Counted from the first letter of the stretch, positions 1 to 10,687 are shown. The stretch is DNA of 64,000 bases from an uncultured Lentisphaeraceae bacterium (GCA_964386865.1 CAYLUN010000017.1:6565-70564), one strand, 5' to 3'. A program made the numbers and translations. The notes: generated by a model from the letters alone, not told the origin.

Positions 1-521
1 ATCAGAGACCTTCCGGCCCTTCCGGCAGGACCATTGCTCGTACTCCTAAAACTCCTCGACAAGGGGGACCTTCGGAAGGGACCCTTCGGAGGGAGGGGCA
101 GTAGGGAGGAAGAAAGAGGGACGGACAAGGGCCTTAAATGAGGGATATTTCCTAGAAAACTCCTCGAAAACCCCTTCCTAAGACCCTGCCCCTCGCCTCC
201 CTCCGCCTCCTAGTCCCTCTCGCATGTGAGGACAGCGGTATTGTACAAACAACAATTACGGGCCTTCAGCCCTTCCTCTTCCAAGAGCGCAGGACTTTGG
301 AGGGAGGGAGACCCCTGCGGAGGAACACAGCATGAACAAGAAAGAGGAGCGTGAGGTCCCTGTTTTGACGGCCAGGGACATGAGAAGCACCTGGCTGGTG
401 CAGCGGCTGCAGAAGCCCTTCCCTTCCGACAGCCCTTTCGCGAAGGTGCAGTTCGTTACTTGCAGGAAAGGCCAGGAAGGGGCAGCAAGGAAGGGAGGGG
501 CCTGAAGAGGAGGAGGATAGC

Positions 522-1112
522 GTGATGAAGACGATCCACATGCAGCCCTACCGAAGGGCCATCGAGGACCTGCGCAGTGCTAGGCTGCTGCTGAACATGA
601 GTCAGTTGGAGGCGGGGCGACGGCTGGGCGTTACGAGGCACTGGGTCGCGAAGGCGGAGTCCTGCGAGGTCCGCCTGGACATCATCCAGTTCATCAGGGT
701 CTGCCGCGTGTACCGCGTCGACGCCGGTCGGCTCTTGGGCCGACTGGAGGAGGAGCTGTCCGACGAGGACGGTCCCTCCTTTACCTATCGCACACTCCCC
801 TGCCAGCGAGGCAGGCCACTTCTGCCCCCGCAGCGACGGGCAACGGTGTCCCGCTTCTCCTTGAGCCGCTCGATGTATGCGTGGATCTCCGACAATGAAA
901 ACCTGGACGACCGTCCGACCTTCAGAACGGCCGGCGCTTCGCCTAGATCGGCGAGGCGGTACAGCCCCCTGACCGAGATCCCGAGGATCTGGGCGGCCTC
1001 TTTGACTGTTACCAGCCGTTCCTTCGCATCCCTCGCTTGCGCGTCTTCGTTCTCCTGTGTCATAATGCCTCCGTTCTGGTGCGTCAGGCTGGCTGCAGAA
1101 TCTTCTGCATGA
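522..1112 (+). CDS. XRE-family helix-turn-helix transcriptional regulator (C-terminal extent uncertain)
   Basis: N-terminal 'LNMSQLEAGRRLGVTRHWVAKAESCE...RLDIIQFIRVCRVYRVDAGRLLG' fits the XRE/Cro HTH pattern. The C-terminal two thirds is low-complexity and overlaps a convergent HTH gene, so the true stop or frame is uncertain. Confidence 0.4.
   Translation: MMKTIHMQPYRRAIEDLRSARLLLNMSQLEAGRRLGVTRHWVAKAESCEVRLDIIQFIRVCRVYRVDAGRLLGRLEEELSDEDGPSFTYRTLPCQRGRPLLPPQRRATVSRFSLSRSMYAWISDNENLDDRPTFRTAGASPRSARRYSPLTEIPRIWAASLTVTSRSFASLACASSFSCVIMPPFWCVRLAAESSA
785..1063 (-). CDS. AlpA/excisionase-family (MerR-like) HTH DNA-binding protein
   Basis: Motif 'LVTVKEAAQILGISVRGLYRLADLGEAPAVLKVGRSSRFSLSEIHAYIERLKE' resembles excisionase/AlpA HTH_17 domains. 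Start taken at the internal Met 'MTQENE'. Confidence 0.5.
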   Translation of the reverse strand: MTQENEDAQARDAKERLVTVKEAAQILGISVRGLYRLADLGEAPAVLKVGRSSRFSLSEIHAYIERLKEKRDTVARRCGGRSGLPRWQGSVR

Positions 1113-1200
1113 GGGTCATTCGCTGGACCCAGTCGCGGATTTCGTTCCACTCCGTGCCTGCTGGGCGCGCCACTCTCCCCTGACCGCACCGGACGGGCCT

Positions 1201-3051
1201 ATGAGAATCCTGCTCATCACTCCGCCGCTCGTCCAGCTCAACACGCCCTACGCGGCGACCCCGGCCCTGGCCGGCTTCCTGCGGTCGTGCGGCGCGGAGG
1301 TGGCGCAAGCCGACCTTTCCCTCGAGCTCGCGCTGCGGCTCTTCTCGCGCGAGGGCCTTAGCCGCGTCGCCGAAGCCTGCCGCCGCGCCCCGCGCCCCGC
1401 GCCCCTTGTCCGGCTCTTCCTCGACAACCTCGACGCCTACCTCGCCACCGTCGATGCGGCCCTCTCCTTCCTGCAGGGCCGCAACGATGCGGCCGGCTGG
1501 CGGATCGCCCGGCGCGACTTCCTGCCGGAGGGCCCCCGCTTCGCCACGCTCGCCCCCGACGGCGCAGGGCTTGACGAGGAGGAGACGCTCGACGAGCTCT
1601 TCGGCACGCTGGGCGTCACGGATCGCGCCAAGCTCGTCGCCTCGCTCTACCTCGACGACCTCGCGGACGTCATCCGCGAAGGCGCCGACCCGGACTTCGG
1701 CTTCTCCCGCTACGCCGAAAGGCTGGCCGTAGCGGCGCCGACCTTCGACCCGATCCTTGCCCGCCTCGCCGCGCCGCCGACGCTGGTCGACACCCTGCTC
1801 GACAGCCTTGCCGAGGAGACGCTCCGCCTCCACGCCCCCGACATCGTGGGCGTCACGCTGCCCTTTCCCGGCACGGTCTACGCCGCCTTCCGCATCGCCT
1901 CGGCCGTGCGCCGCGCCGCGCCCCGCGCCCGCGTCGTGTTCGGCGGCGGCTACGTGAACACCGAGCTGCGCGACCTCACCGACCCGCGCGTCTTCGACTT
2001 CGCGGACGACCTCTGCTTCGACGAGGGCACCGCACCGTGGCTCGGCATCCTCGGCCTCGGCCCCCGCGTTCGCACGCTGACGCGCGCGGCGGCCGGAGAC
2101 CAGCGATCCGTCACCTGCCCTCATCCGCCCCCTGAGCGCCGACCTCCGGCCTCCGATCTCCGGCCTCCGGCCTTTGACCTCCCCACGCCCTCTTACGCCG
2201 GCCTCGACCTCTCGCGATACTTCAGCCTGCTCGAAATGGCCAACCCCATGCACCGCATCTGGTCGGACGGCAAATGGCTCAAGGTTCCGCTCGCCAACGG
2301 CTGCTACTGGCATCGGTGCGCCTTCTGCGATGTGGGCCTGGACTACATCGGGCGCTACGCGCCGCCGGAGGCGAAGGCCGCCGTCGACGCCCTGGCCCGC
2401 CTGAAGCAGGAAACGGGGCTCTCGGGCTTCCACTTCACCGACGAGGCGCTCGCGCCCGCCCTGCTCAGGAAGCTCTGCGAAGAGATTCTCTCCCGCGGCG
2501 AGACGTTCACCTGGTGGGGCAACATCCGCTTCGAGAAGAGTTTCACGCCCGCGCTCGCGCGGCTGATGGCTCAAGCGGGCTGCATCGCGGTCACCGGCGG
2601 CCTCGAGTGCGCCCACGACCGCTTGCTCAAGCTGATGAGCAAGGGCATCACGCTCGCAGGCGCGGCGCAGGCCTGCCAAGCCTTTTCCGACGCGGGCATC
2701 CTGGTCCACGCCTACCTGATGTACGGCTTCCCCACACAGACCAAACGGGAGACCGCCGAGGCCCTGGAGTACGTGAGACAGCGCTTCGCGGACGGCCACA
2801 TCCAGTCCGCCTACTGGCACCGCTTCGCGCTCACCGCGCACAGCCCCATCGCCCGCACGCCGGAGAAGTTCGGCATCCGCCTGCTGCCGCAGCCCGCGCC
2901 CGCGCCGCGCTTCGCCCTCAACGAGATCCCGTACGAAGAGCCCGGCGCGCCCGACCACGCCCGTCTCGGCGAGGGCCTCCGCCACGCGCTCTACAACTAC
3001 ATGCTCGGCCTCGGGCTCGAGGTGCCTGCCGCGCGCTGGCTCGCCGTGTGA
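1201..3051 (+). CDS. B12-binding domain radical SAM protein
   Basis: N-terminal 'MRILLITPP...NTPY...PALAGFLR' matches a B12-binding Rossmann fold. Cysteine cluster 'NGCYWHRCAFCDVG' has CX4CX2C spacing. 616 aa with a radical SAM core and C-terminal extension. Confidence 0.8.
   Translation: MRILLITPPLVQLNTPYAATPALAGFLRSCGAEVAQADLSLELALRLFSREGLSRVAEACRRAPRPAPLVRLFLDNLDAYLATVDAALSFLQGRNDAAGWRIARRDFLPEGPRFATLAPDGAGLDEEETLDELFGTLGVTDRAKLVASLYLDDLADVIREGADPDFGFSRYAERLAVAAPTFDPILARLAAPPTLVDTLLDSLAEETLRLHAPDIVGVTLPFPGTVYAAFRIASAVRRAAPRARVVFGGGYVNTELRDLTDPRVFDFADDLCFDEGTAPWLGILGLGPRVRTLTRAAAGDQRSVTCPHPPPERRPPASDLRPPAFDLPTPSYAGLDLSRYFSLLEMANPMHRIWSDGKWLKVPLANGCYWHRCAFCDVGLDYIGRYAPPEAKAAVDALARLKQETGLSGFHFTDEALAPALLRKLCEEILSRGETFTWWGNIRFEKSFTPALARLMAQAGCIAVTGGLECAHDRLLKLMSKGITLAGAAQACQAFSDAGILVHAYLMYGFPTQTKRETAEALEYVRQRFADGHIQSAYWHRFALTAHSPIARTPEKFGIRLLPQPAPAPRFALNEIPYEEPGAPDHARLGEGLRHALYNYMLGLGLEVPAARWLAV
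2140..2182. repeat. Heptanucleotide tandem repeat (CGRCCTC units, about 6 copies) embedded in-frame in the radical SAM gene
   Basis: Tandem 'cgacctc cggcctc cgatctc cggcctc cggcctt tgacctc' encodes 'PPASDLRPPAFDL'. It is the same unit family as the repeats at 4864, 18972, 19657 and 29245. Confidence 0.6.
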
Positions 3052-3072
3052 GTCGGCCGCGCGTCCGCCGCG

Positions 3073-3849
3073 CTAAAACACGTGGCGGACGCTGATCCGC
3101 GACTGGCTCAGCACCTCGACCCGCACGTCCTCGCGGCCCGCCGCGCGCAGCGCCTGCCGCATGGTGTTGAGCGCCAGCGCGGGCGTGTTGCACTCCTCGC
3201 TCAGGTGCGCCAGCAGCAGCGTGTGCAGCCGCTCCGAGAGCGCCGCGCGCATGAGCGCCGCGGCGTCGTCGTTCGAAAGGTGCCCGCTGCGGCCCGCGAT
3301 GCGGGTCTTGAGCGGCCACGGCCGCTCGGACTTCATCAGCATGTCGTAGTCGTGGTTGCACTCCAAGATGGCCGCGTGGCACTGCGCGAGCTTGGCACAG
3401 ACCAGCGGCGAGCCCTGCCCGAGGTCGGTCGCCAGGCAAAGCCGCGACGCGCCGTCGTCGAAGACGAAGCCGACGGGGTCGGCGGCGTCGTGCGAGACCG
3501 TGAAGGCCTCCACGCGCAGGCCGCCGATCTCGAACGCGGACGCGGTCTCGAAAATGTCCCACTCGTGCGCCAGCTGGGGGCACCCCAGCTCGATGCCGGC
3601 CGCCGTGCCCTCGTTCGCAAAGAGCCGCACGGGATACCTGCGGCTGAACACCTCGATGCCCCTGAAGTGATCGACGTGGTCGTGCGTGAAAAGCACGGCC
3701 TGAATCGACTCGGGCTCGATCCCTGCCTCCTTCAGCCGCGCCACCAGCTCGCGTGCGGAGAGGCCCGCGTCCACCAGCAGCGCAGTCCCACCGCCCGCCA
3801 CATAGATGCAGTTGCCCTTGCTACCGCTCGCCAATACGCAGACTTCCAT
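3073..3849 (-). CDS. MBL-fold metallo-hydrolase (YycJ/WalJ-like)
   Basis: Motif 'LFTHDHVDHFRG' (HxHxDH) and a beta-lactamase-fold pattern. Start set at 'MEVCVLASGSKGNC'. Confidence 0.8.
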   Translation of the reverse strand: MEVCVLASGSKGNCIYVAGGGTALLVDAGLSARELVARLKEAGIEPESIQAVLFTHDHVDHFRGIEVFSRRYPVRLFANEGTAAGIELGCPQLAHEWDIFETASAFEIGGLRVEAFTVSHDAADPVGFVFDDGASRLCLATDLGQGSPLVCAKLAQCHAAILECNHDYDMLMKSERPWPLKTRIAGRSGHLSNDDAAALMRAALSERLHTLLLAHLSEECNTPALALNTMRQALRAAGREDVRVEVLSQSRISVRHVF

Positions 3850-3857
3850 TCCCGCTC

Positions 3858-4853
3858 CTAGAAATTTTCCGCTATGGCACGGATCGCCTTGGGCCACGCC
3901 TCGATGTCGCGCGCGTCAGCCGTCTCGAGCGGCTCGTGGTTCCCGCGCGTCGGCAGCAGCAGCGGCAGCACCGCGCACGGCAGCCCCTGCTGGGGGAAGG
4001 CGCGCGCGTCCGTCCCGCTGAAATTGTAGACCTCGGTCTGGAGGGGCAAGCCGGCCTCCGCCATGAGCGAGCAGACCCGATCGCGCGTCGCGGGGCTCAG
4101 CAGCACCGAGGTGTCGCTGAGCGTCAGCACCGTCCCGCCGCCGAGCCGGACGCCCTGCTCCTCCGCCTCGTACGTCGTGTCCAGCACGACCGCCAGATCG
4201 GGCCTGACCTGCGCCGCCAGCACGCGCGCCCCGAACCCGCACATCTCCTCCGACGCGGTGGCGCCGAGCACGACGTCGTACCGCGAGCGCCACGCGCCGG
4301 CCTCCGCAGACAGCCGCGCCAGCAGCCAGCAGCCCAGGCGGTTGTCGAGAAACGCGCCTTTCACGAGCGCGCCTTCGCGCCGCAGCGCCGGCGCGAAGCA
4401 GACGCGGTCGCCGTGGCGGGCTGCGGCCCTCGAAGCCTCAGCCCCGCTCAGCTCGAACACGGCGTCGCACGCGCCGTCGCCTCGCGCCGGCCCCGCACGC
4501 AACACGCCTTCGAAGCGGCCGCACGCGGTTTTGAGAACAGCCCGCGCCGACGCGCCGGCCAGCTCGGGCGCGCCCAGCTCAGCCACGCCATACTGCACCG
4601 CGCTGTCGTGACGGAAGGCCGGCCGCAGCGCCAGCCGGTCGAGCGCGTATCCGGGCGAGTCCATGTGCGCGCAGACCAGCAAGGTCGGCTTGCCGGCGGC
4701 CGGCCCGGGCAGGCGCGCCGTAATCGCGTGCTCGCCGTGCCGGAACGTCTGCCAGCCCGCCGCACGCCAGCGCTCCTCCAGCGCGCCGCGCACCTCGGCC
4801 TCGTCGCCGGGGGTGCTGTGGCAGGCGATCAGCGTGTTGAGTAGCGTATCCAT
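3858..4853 (-). CDS. M42 family metallopeptidase (glutamyl aminopeptidase/FrvX-like)
   Basis: Motif 'LLVCAHMDSPGYALD' and overall M42/CelM-like organisation. 331 aa. Confidence 0.8.
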   Translation of the reverse strand: MDTLLNTLIACHSTPGDEAEVRGALEERWRAAGWQTFRHGEHAITARLPGPAAGKPTLLVCAHMDSPGYALDRLALRPAFRHDSAVQYGVAELGAPELAGASARAVLKTACGRFEGVLRAGPARGDGACDAVFELSGAEASRAAARHGDRVCFAPALRREGALVKGAFLDNRLGCWLLARLSAEAGAWRSRYDVVLGATASEEMCGFGARVLAAQVRPDLAVVLDTTYEAEEQGVRLGGGTVLTLSDTSVLLSPATRDRVCSLMAEAGLPLQTEVYNFSGTDARAFPQQGLPCAVLPLLLPTRGNHEPLETADARDIEAWPKAIRAIAENF

Positions 4854-4863
4854 GAGAAGAGAC

Positions 4864-4892
4864 GGAGGCCAGAGGCCGGAGGTCGGAAGTCG
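4864..4892. repeat. Heptanucleotide tandem repeat (GRRGYCG units, 4 copies) in the 5' leader of the M42 peptidase gene
   Basis: Tandem 'ggaggcc agaggcc ggaggtc ggaagtc', in opposite orientation to the other copies of this repeat family. Confidence 0.55.
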
Positions 4893-4965
4893 CCCTCGGG
4901 TGGGGCGCGCACCAGCCGAGCGGAACCTAACGCCTGTTCGCTGACGCTTTTGACCGCCGACGCGC

Positions 4966-5412
4966 TCAGTCGGCCGGGCTCGCCAGGTTCTTGTCCATCA
5001 CCATCCGGTAGTACTTGATGAAGCAGGCGATGATGTCGTCCTTCGCCACCTCTGAAATGGGGTAGGTCTGGGGGTCTTCTTTGAACATGCTCTCGTACTT
5101 CACGAAGCGCTGGCCGCGGTTGAGCCGCACCTCCGCCCGCGGCAAAATGCCGCTTTGGACGAAGTGCTTCATCACGCGGAAGGTAATCTCTTCGACGTCG
5201 CCGCAGCGCACGCTCAGCGTCGCCGAAGCCGGCGCGCGGCGCACCTGCGCGTCGCGCCCGTGCTTGCCGATCAGCTCCTCGGCCACCTCGTTCAGGGCCG
5301 GCATGGCCGACGCGTCCAAGAACGCCTCGAACACCGCGTTCTCCTGCTCAGCCCGCGTCGCGCGGGCCTTGCCGCCAAGAATACCGGTCAACTCATTCCG
5401 CCAGTCAGCCAT
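4966..5412 (-). CDS. hypothetical protein
   Basis: Clean 148-aa ORF with coding-like composition. No recognisable motif. Confidence 0.45.
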   Translation of the reverse strand: MADWRNELTGILGGKARATRAEQENAVFEAFLDASAMPALNEVAEELIGKHGRDAQVRRAPASATLSVRCGDVEEITFRVMKHFVQSGILPRAEVRLNRGQRFVKYESMFKEDPQTYPISEVAKDDIIACFIKYYRMVMDKNLASPAD

Positions 5413-5479
5413 GGTGACATCCCCCGTTCGTTAACATCGCCGGGCTACTGTAGCACACCCGACGCCCGAGCCGCAACCG

Positions 5480-6145
5480 TCATCGCGCAACCCGGGCCAG
5501 CGCCTGCCGCAGCGCCGGCATCAGCCGCAGCGCCACCTGCTCGTTCCCGGCCTTGTTGGGGTGATCCGTCTGATCCCAGTACGGCGGCAGCCGGTTCGGC
5601 TTGACATCGGCCTGCATGTTCGGCACGTACGGGCAGCCGAACGCGTCGCACACCTGACGCTCCATCTGCGCGATCTCCCGCGCGAACTCGAAGCGGTCAC
5701 GCTCGAACTCGACGCACGTCTCCTCCCAGAAGTCGCGGCCGCCGAAGCAGCTCGCGATCACCACCTGGCTCTTGCGGGCCTGCGCGTCGCGCACCATGGA
5801 CTCGAGGTCGCTGCGAAGCTCCTCGATGGGCCGCGAGCGCCGCCAGAAATCGTTTGCGCCCAGCGCGATCAGCACCACGTCGGGCCCGTGCTTGAGCACA
5901 TCGTGCGCGTAGCGCGCTCGGCCGCCCTCCAGCGTGTCGCCGCCGACGCCGGCATCGACCACCCGGACCTGGGGCAGGAACGCCGCAAGCCAGTGGCTGT
6001 AGTGGCCGCCCGCGCCGCCGCAGGAGGTGAGGCTGTCGCCGAAGCACACCAGCACCGGGCGGCGGTCGCGCACGCCCCACCAGACGACAGCCGCCGCCAG
6101 GCACACGCCAGCCGCAAACCAGCCCAACATTGTCTTTCTGTTCAT
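5480..6145 (-). CDS. SGNH/GDSL-family hydrolase with N-terminal membrane anchor
   Basis: Motif 'LVCFGDSLTSCGG' (GDSL block I) and 'GANDF' (block III). N-terminal hydrophobic segment. Confidence 0.8.
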   Translation of the reverse strand: MNRKTMLGWFAAGVCLAAAVVWWGVRDRRPVLVCFGDSLTSCGGAGGHYSHWLAAFLPQVRVVDAGVGGDTLEGGRARYAHDVLKHGPDVVLIALGANDFWRRSRPIEELRSDLESMVRDAQARKSQVVIASCFGGRDFWEETCVEFERDRFEFAREIAQMERQVCDAFGCPYVPNMQADVKPNRLPPYWDQTDHPNKAGNEQVALRLMPALRQALARVAR

Positions 6146-6291
6146 CGGACGTCCGCCCCCCAGTTGACCACCAAACGGCTTTTGTTATACCAAATTGCGC
6201 AGGCGGGAGAAAGCCCGCACGCACGCGTAAGAAAAAGGGCGGGCAGACGGCGCCAAGCCGTTCGCCCGCCCCTTGCGTCAGCGCGCCGCCG

Positions 6292-7248
6292 TCAGCCGAT
6301 GCCCTCGAAGAGCACGGTCGACAGATAGCGCTCGCCGGCGTCCGGCAGGATCACCACGATGGTCTTGCCCGCGAAGGCCTCCTCGTGGGCCAGCCGAACC
6401 GCCGCGGCCACGGCCGCGCCGCACGAGATGCCGACGAGCAAGCCCTCCTCTTTCGCCAGCCTGCGGGCGTACTCGATGGCCTCCTCGCTGGCCACCTGCT
6501 CGATGCGGTCCACGACCGAGAGGTCGAGCGTGTCCGGCACGAAACCGGCGCCGATGCCCTGGATCTTATGCGGCCCGGGCTTCAGCTCGAGGCCCGCCCG
6601 CTTCTGCGTCAGAACCGGGCTCTCCTTGGGCTCGACCGCAACCGAAACAATCCGCTTGTGCATCGTGTTCTTGAGGTAGCGCGTGATGCCGGTGATGGTT
6701 CCGCCCGTGCCCACGCCCGCCACCAGCGCGTCGACGTTGCCCTCGGTGTCGTTCCAGATTTCGGGGCCGGTGGTCCGCTCGTGGATGGCGGGGTTCGCGG
6801 GGTTCTTGAACTGCTGCGGCAGGAAATAGCGCTTCGTGTCCGAAGCCGCGATCTCCTCGGCGCGCTTGATCGCGCCCTTCATGCCCTCGGCGCCGGGCGT
6901 CAGCACGAGGTTCGCGCCGAACGCCGCCAGCACGCGCCGCCGCTCAAGGCTCATGGTCTCCGGCATGGTGAGGGTCAGCTTGTAGCCGCGCGCGGCTGCC
7001 ACGTAGGCGAGCGCGATGCCCGTGTTGCCGCTCGTCGGCTCCACAATCTCCACGCCGGGCTTGAGCACCCCGCGCTTCTCCGCGTCCCACACCATGGCCG
7101 CGCCAATGCGGCACTTCACCGAGTAGGCCGGGTTGCGGCCCTCGACCTTAGCTAGCACCGTCGCCTTTGCGCCCTGCGTCACCTTGTTGAGCTTGACCAG
7201 CGGCGTGTTGCCGATAGACTGCGAGTTGTCACTGTAGATTCTGCTCAT
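6292..7248 (-). CDS. cysK: cysteine synthase A (O-acetylserine sulfhydrylase)
   Basis: '[10 protein letters not shown]', '[19 protein letters not shown]', '[10 protein letters not shown]', '[10 protein letters not shown]' are the PLP-dependent CysK signatures. Confidence 0.9.
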   Translation of the reverse strand: MSRIYSDNSQSIGNTPLVKLNKVTQGAKATVLAKVEGRNPAYSVKCRIGAAMVWDAEKRGVLKPGVEIVEPTSGNTGIALAYVAAARGYKLTLTMPETMSLERRRVLAAFGANLVLTPGAEGMKGAIKRAEEIAASDTKRYFLPQQFKNPANPAIHERTTGPEIWNDTEGNVDALVAGVGTGGTITGITRYLKNTMHKRIVSVAVEPKESPVLTQKRAGLELKPGPHKIQGIGAGFVPDTLDLSVVDRIEQVASEEAIEYARRLAKEEGLLVGISCGAAVAAAVRLAHEEAFAGKTIVVILPDAGERYLSTVLFEGIG

Positions 7249-7269
7249 GGTTTTCTCCTTTCGTCACTC

Positions 7270-8616
<1,347 letters not shown>

Positions 8617-8654
8617 TTAAAATACCAGTTTGTCTAGTTGATAGGTGTACAATA

Positions 8655-8690
8655 TACTCGATACGCCTTTGCCCGTCAATCGACAATTCG
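8655..8690 (-). promoter_or_regulatory. Candidate sigma70-type promoter for metY-cysK (TTGACG-N17-TATATT on minus strand)
   Basis: The minus-strand reading 'TTGACGggcaaaggcgtatcgagTATATT' lies about 90 nt upstream of the metY ATG. Confidence 0.3.
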
Positions 8691-8843
8691 CGCGGTCGCA
8701 AGGTTTCGGGTGCGCTCCGGGCTGCCGCACGCGGCCCCTTGCCTCCGCCACCTTGCTCGGCTTGTACACCCGTCCGCGCTTTGCTATTGTCGTAAGGAAA
8801 AGGTCACGAGGGAACCGCTTCGGCGCAACCCTGAAAGACACCG

Positions 8844-9320
8844 ATGAGACTCTCCATCCTCAACGCCCAATCTCGCCTCCGCGTCAGCGCGAACGCCCTC
8901 AAGCGACTGGCGCTGGCGCTCGCTGAAATGGCTCAGGCGCGCACGCCTGACGAGCCCGCCTGGCGCGACGTGGCGGTGCACCTCCTAGACGACGCGGGCA
9001 TCGCTCCCGTCAACGAGGCGATCATGGGCCACGCCTGCGCGACGGACGTCATCACCCAGCGCTACGAGACCTGCCCGGGCGAGCCGGACGGGCTGGTCGG
9101 CGAGCTGTTCGTGAACGTCGAGCGGGCCGCCCGGGCCGCCCCCCGTCGCGCCAGCTGGTCGGCTGACCGCGAGCTCGCGCTCTACCTCGCGCACGGCTTC
9201 GACCATCTGACCGGCGCCGACGACGGCACGCCTGCAGAGCGCGCCCGCATGCGCCGCAGAGAATTGCTCTGGCTCAAGCGGCTTCCATTGACACCCCTCT
9301 TTCAAACAGGTAAGCTGTAA
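8844..9320 (+). CDS. ybeY: YbeY-like rRNA maturation endoribonuclease (third His of the H-x3-H-x5-H triad replaced by Asp)
   Basis: 'LAHGFDHLTGADDG' aligns with YbeY 'VHGSLHLLGYDH'. Size (158 aa) and 'ATDVITQRY' block are consistent. Confidence 0.6.
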   Translation: MRLSILNAQSRLRVSANALKRLALALAEMAQARTPDEPAWRDVAVHLLDDAGIAPVNEAIMGHACATDVITQRYETCPGEPDGLVGELFVNVERAARAAPRRASWSADRELALYLAHGFDHLTGADDGTPAERARMRRRELLWLKRLPLTPLFQTGKL

Positions 9321-9356
9321 AGCCAACCGCTACATTGTGGAGAGGCTTAGACAGTC

Positions 9357-10526
9357 ATGGCGAAAGAACTCGCGTTCGTGCTCATCAACCCCTACCCGAT
9401 TCGCAAGTCGCGAACCGGCGGCATCATCGCGCGCTACCTCGTGCGCACCGATCTCAAGCTCGTCGGCGCGCGGATCATCGGCGCCTCGGTAGGCCTCACC
9501 ACTGAGTTCGCCGACTACCTGAGCACCTACGACCTGTCCGACCCCGAGAAGTGCGCCCTTTTCGCCAACTACGTGCGCCGCGCCTACACGCCAGATGAGG
9601 CCTCGGGGCACTCGCACCGCTCCATGCTGCTGCTCTTCGAAGGCGAAGACGCCGTGCGCAAGATCTTCGAGGTCACCGGCAGCATCCGCCAGCGCTGGTG
9701 CAGCGGCCAGACCGTGCGCGACACGTACGGCGACCTGGTCCGCGACCCGAAGTCAGGCCAGGTCGAATACTTTGAGCCCGCCGTCTTGGTCGGCCCGACC
9801 CCGAAGGTTGTCGGAGCGATTCTAAACATCTGGCTGAAGCACCTCGCCACCGACTCCGGCATCGTGCGCGGCGCCATGGACGTACCCGGCGGAGACGATG
9901 TGCAGCAGACGCTCGTCATGCTCAAGCCCGACAACTGGCGCCAGCCTTCGCTGCGCGCGGGAAACATCATGGACCTCGTTTCCAGCACGGGCTTGCGCAT
10001 CGTGGGCGTCAAGAAGTTCGCGATGACCGTGGCGCAGGCCGAGGAGTTCTACGGGCCGGTGCGAGAGAACCTCAAGCGCGTTTTCAAGCTCTTCGGCGCG
10101 GACCGCGCCGCGCAGGCGCTCTCGCGCGAGTTCGGCTTCCCGGTGGACGCCGCCCCGCTGTCCAGCCTGTGCGACCTGCTTGCCCCGCTCTTCGCCGAGC
10201 GCGAGTTTGAGAACATCGTGGAGTTCATGACCGGCCACCGGCCTTCCAACTGCCCCGCCGCCGAACGCGAGCAGCCGGGAACGGAGGAGTGCCTGGCGAT
10301 CGTCTACGAAGGCATCGACGCCGTCAACAAGATCCGCGACATCCTCGGCGCGACCGACCCGCTCAAGGCGCGGCCCGGCTCGATCCGGCGCGAGTTCGGC
10401 ACCAACATCATGGTCAACGCCGCGCACGCCTCCGACTCCGCCGAGAACGCCCGCCGCGAGATGCGCATCCTCGACGTCGCCCACGACCCGCACTTCGACG
10501 AGCTCATCCGGACCTACTACGCCTGA
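9357..10526 (+). CDS. Tandem nucleoside-diphosphate-kinase-like domain protein
   Basis: Two NDK-like halves: 'ELAFVLINPYPIRKSRTGGIIARYLVRTDLKLVGARI' and 'QTLVMLKPDNWRQPSLRAGNIMDLVSSTGLRIVGVKKF...AQAEEFY'. Second half carries an NDK active-site-like 'NIMVNAAHASDSAENARREM'. Confidence 0.6.
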   Translation: MAKELAFVLINPYPIRKSRTGGIIARYLVRTDLKLVGARIIGASVGLTTEFADYLSTYDLSDPEKCALFANYVRRAYTPDEASGHSHRSMLLLFEGEDAVRKIFEVTGSIRQRWCSGQTVRDTYGDLVRDPKSGQVEYFEPAVLVGPTPKVVGAILNIWLKHLATDSGIVRGAMDVPGGDDVQQTLVMLKPDNWRQPSLRAGNIMDLVSSTGLRIVGVKKFAMTVAQAEEFYGPVRENLKRVFKLFGADRAAQALSREFGFPVDAAPLSSLCDLLAPLFAEREFENIVEFMTGHRPSNCPAAEREQPGTEECLAIVYEGIDAVNKIRDILGATDPLKARPGSIRREFGTNIMVNAAHASDSAENARREMRILDVAHDPHFDELIRTYYA

Positions 10527-10577
10527 GATCCGCCTTGACGGCGCGGCGCAAAAAACCGACACTGTGCACGTTTTTCT

Positions 10578-10662
10578 GGGCGCGTGGTGAAATTGGCATA
10601 CACGCAGGATTTAGGTTCCTGTGCCGCAAGGCGTGAGGGTTCGACCCCCTCCGCGCCCACCA
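10578..10662 (+). tRNA. tRNA-Leu (anticodon UAG), CCA encoded
   Basis: Acceptor stem GGGCGCG/CGCGCCC and discriminator A followed by CCA. Anticodon arm CAGGA-TTTAGGT-TCCTG gives anticodon TAG. 14-nt variable arm (type II) and T arm GAGGG-TTCGACC-CCCTC. Confidence 0.85.
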
Positions 10663-10687
10663 GACCGCGGAGCCGGCATAAAACAGA

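Noticed and set aside
1084-2985. Long antisense ORFs are listed in the track opposite real genes. Examples include 1084..2985(-), 3082..3861(+), 13091..14881(+), 25077..25856(+), 29437..30693(+), 31169..32347(+), 36429..39131(+), 40562..42587, 44302..45711(+), 49617..50444(+), 51353..52201(+), 53644..55986(-) and 57612..59564(-).
   Set aside because: These are the expected stop-codon-poor shadow frames of a roughly 67% GC genome. Their translations are Arg/Gly/Ala/Pro-rich low-complexity sequence with no motifs. The opposite-strand ORFs carry clear family signatures, signal peptides or operon logic.
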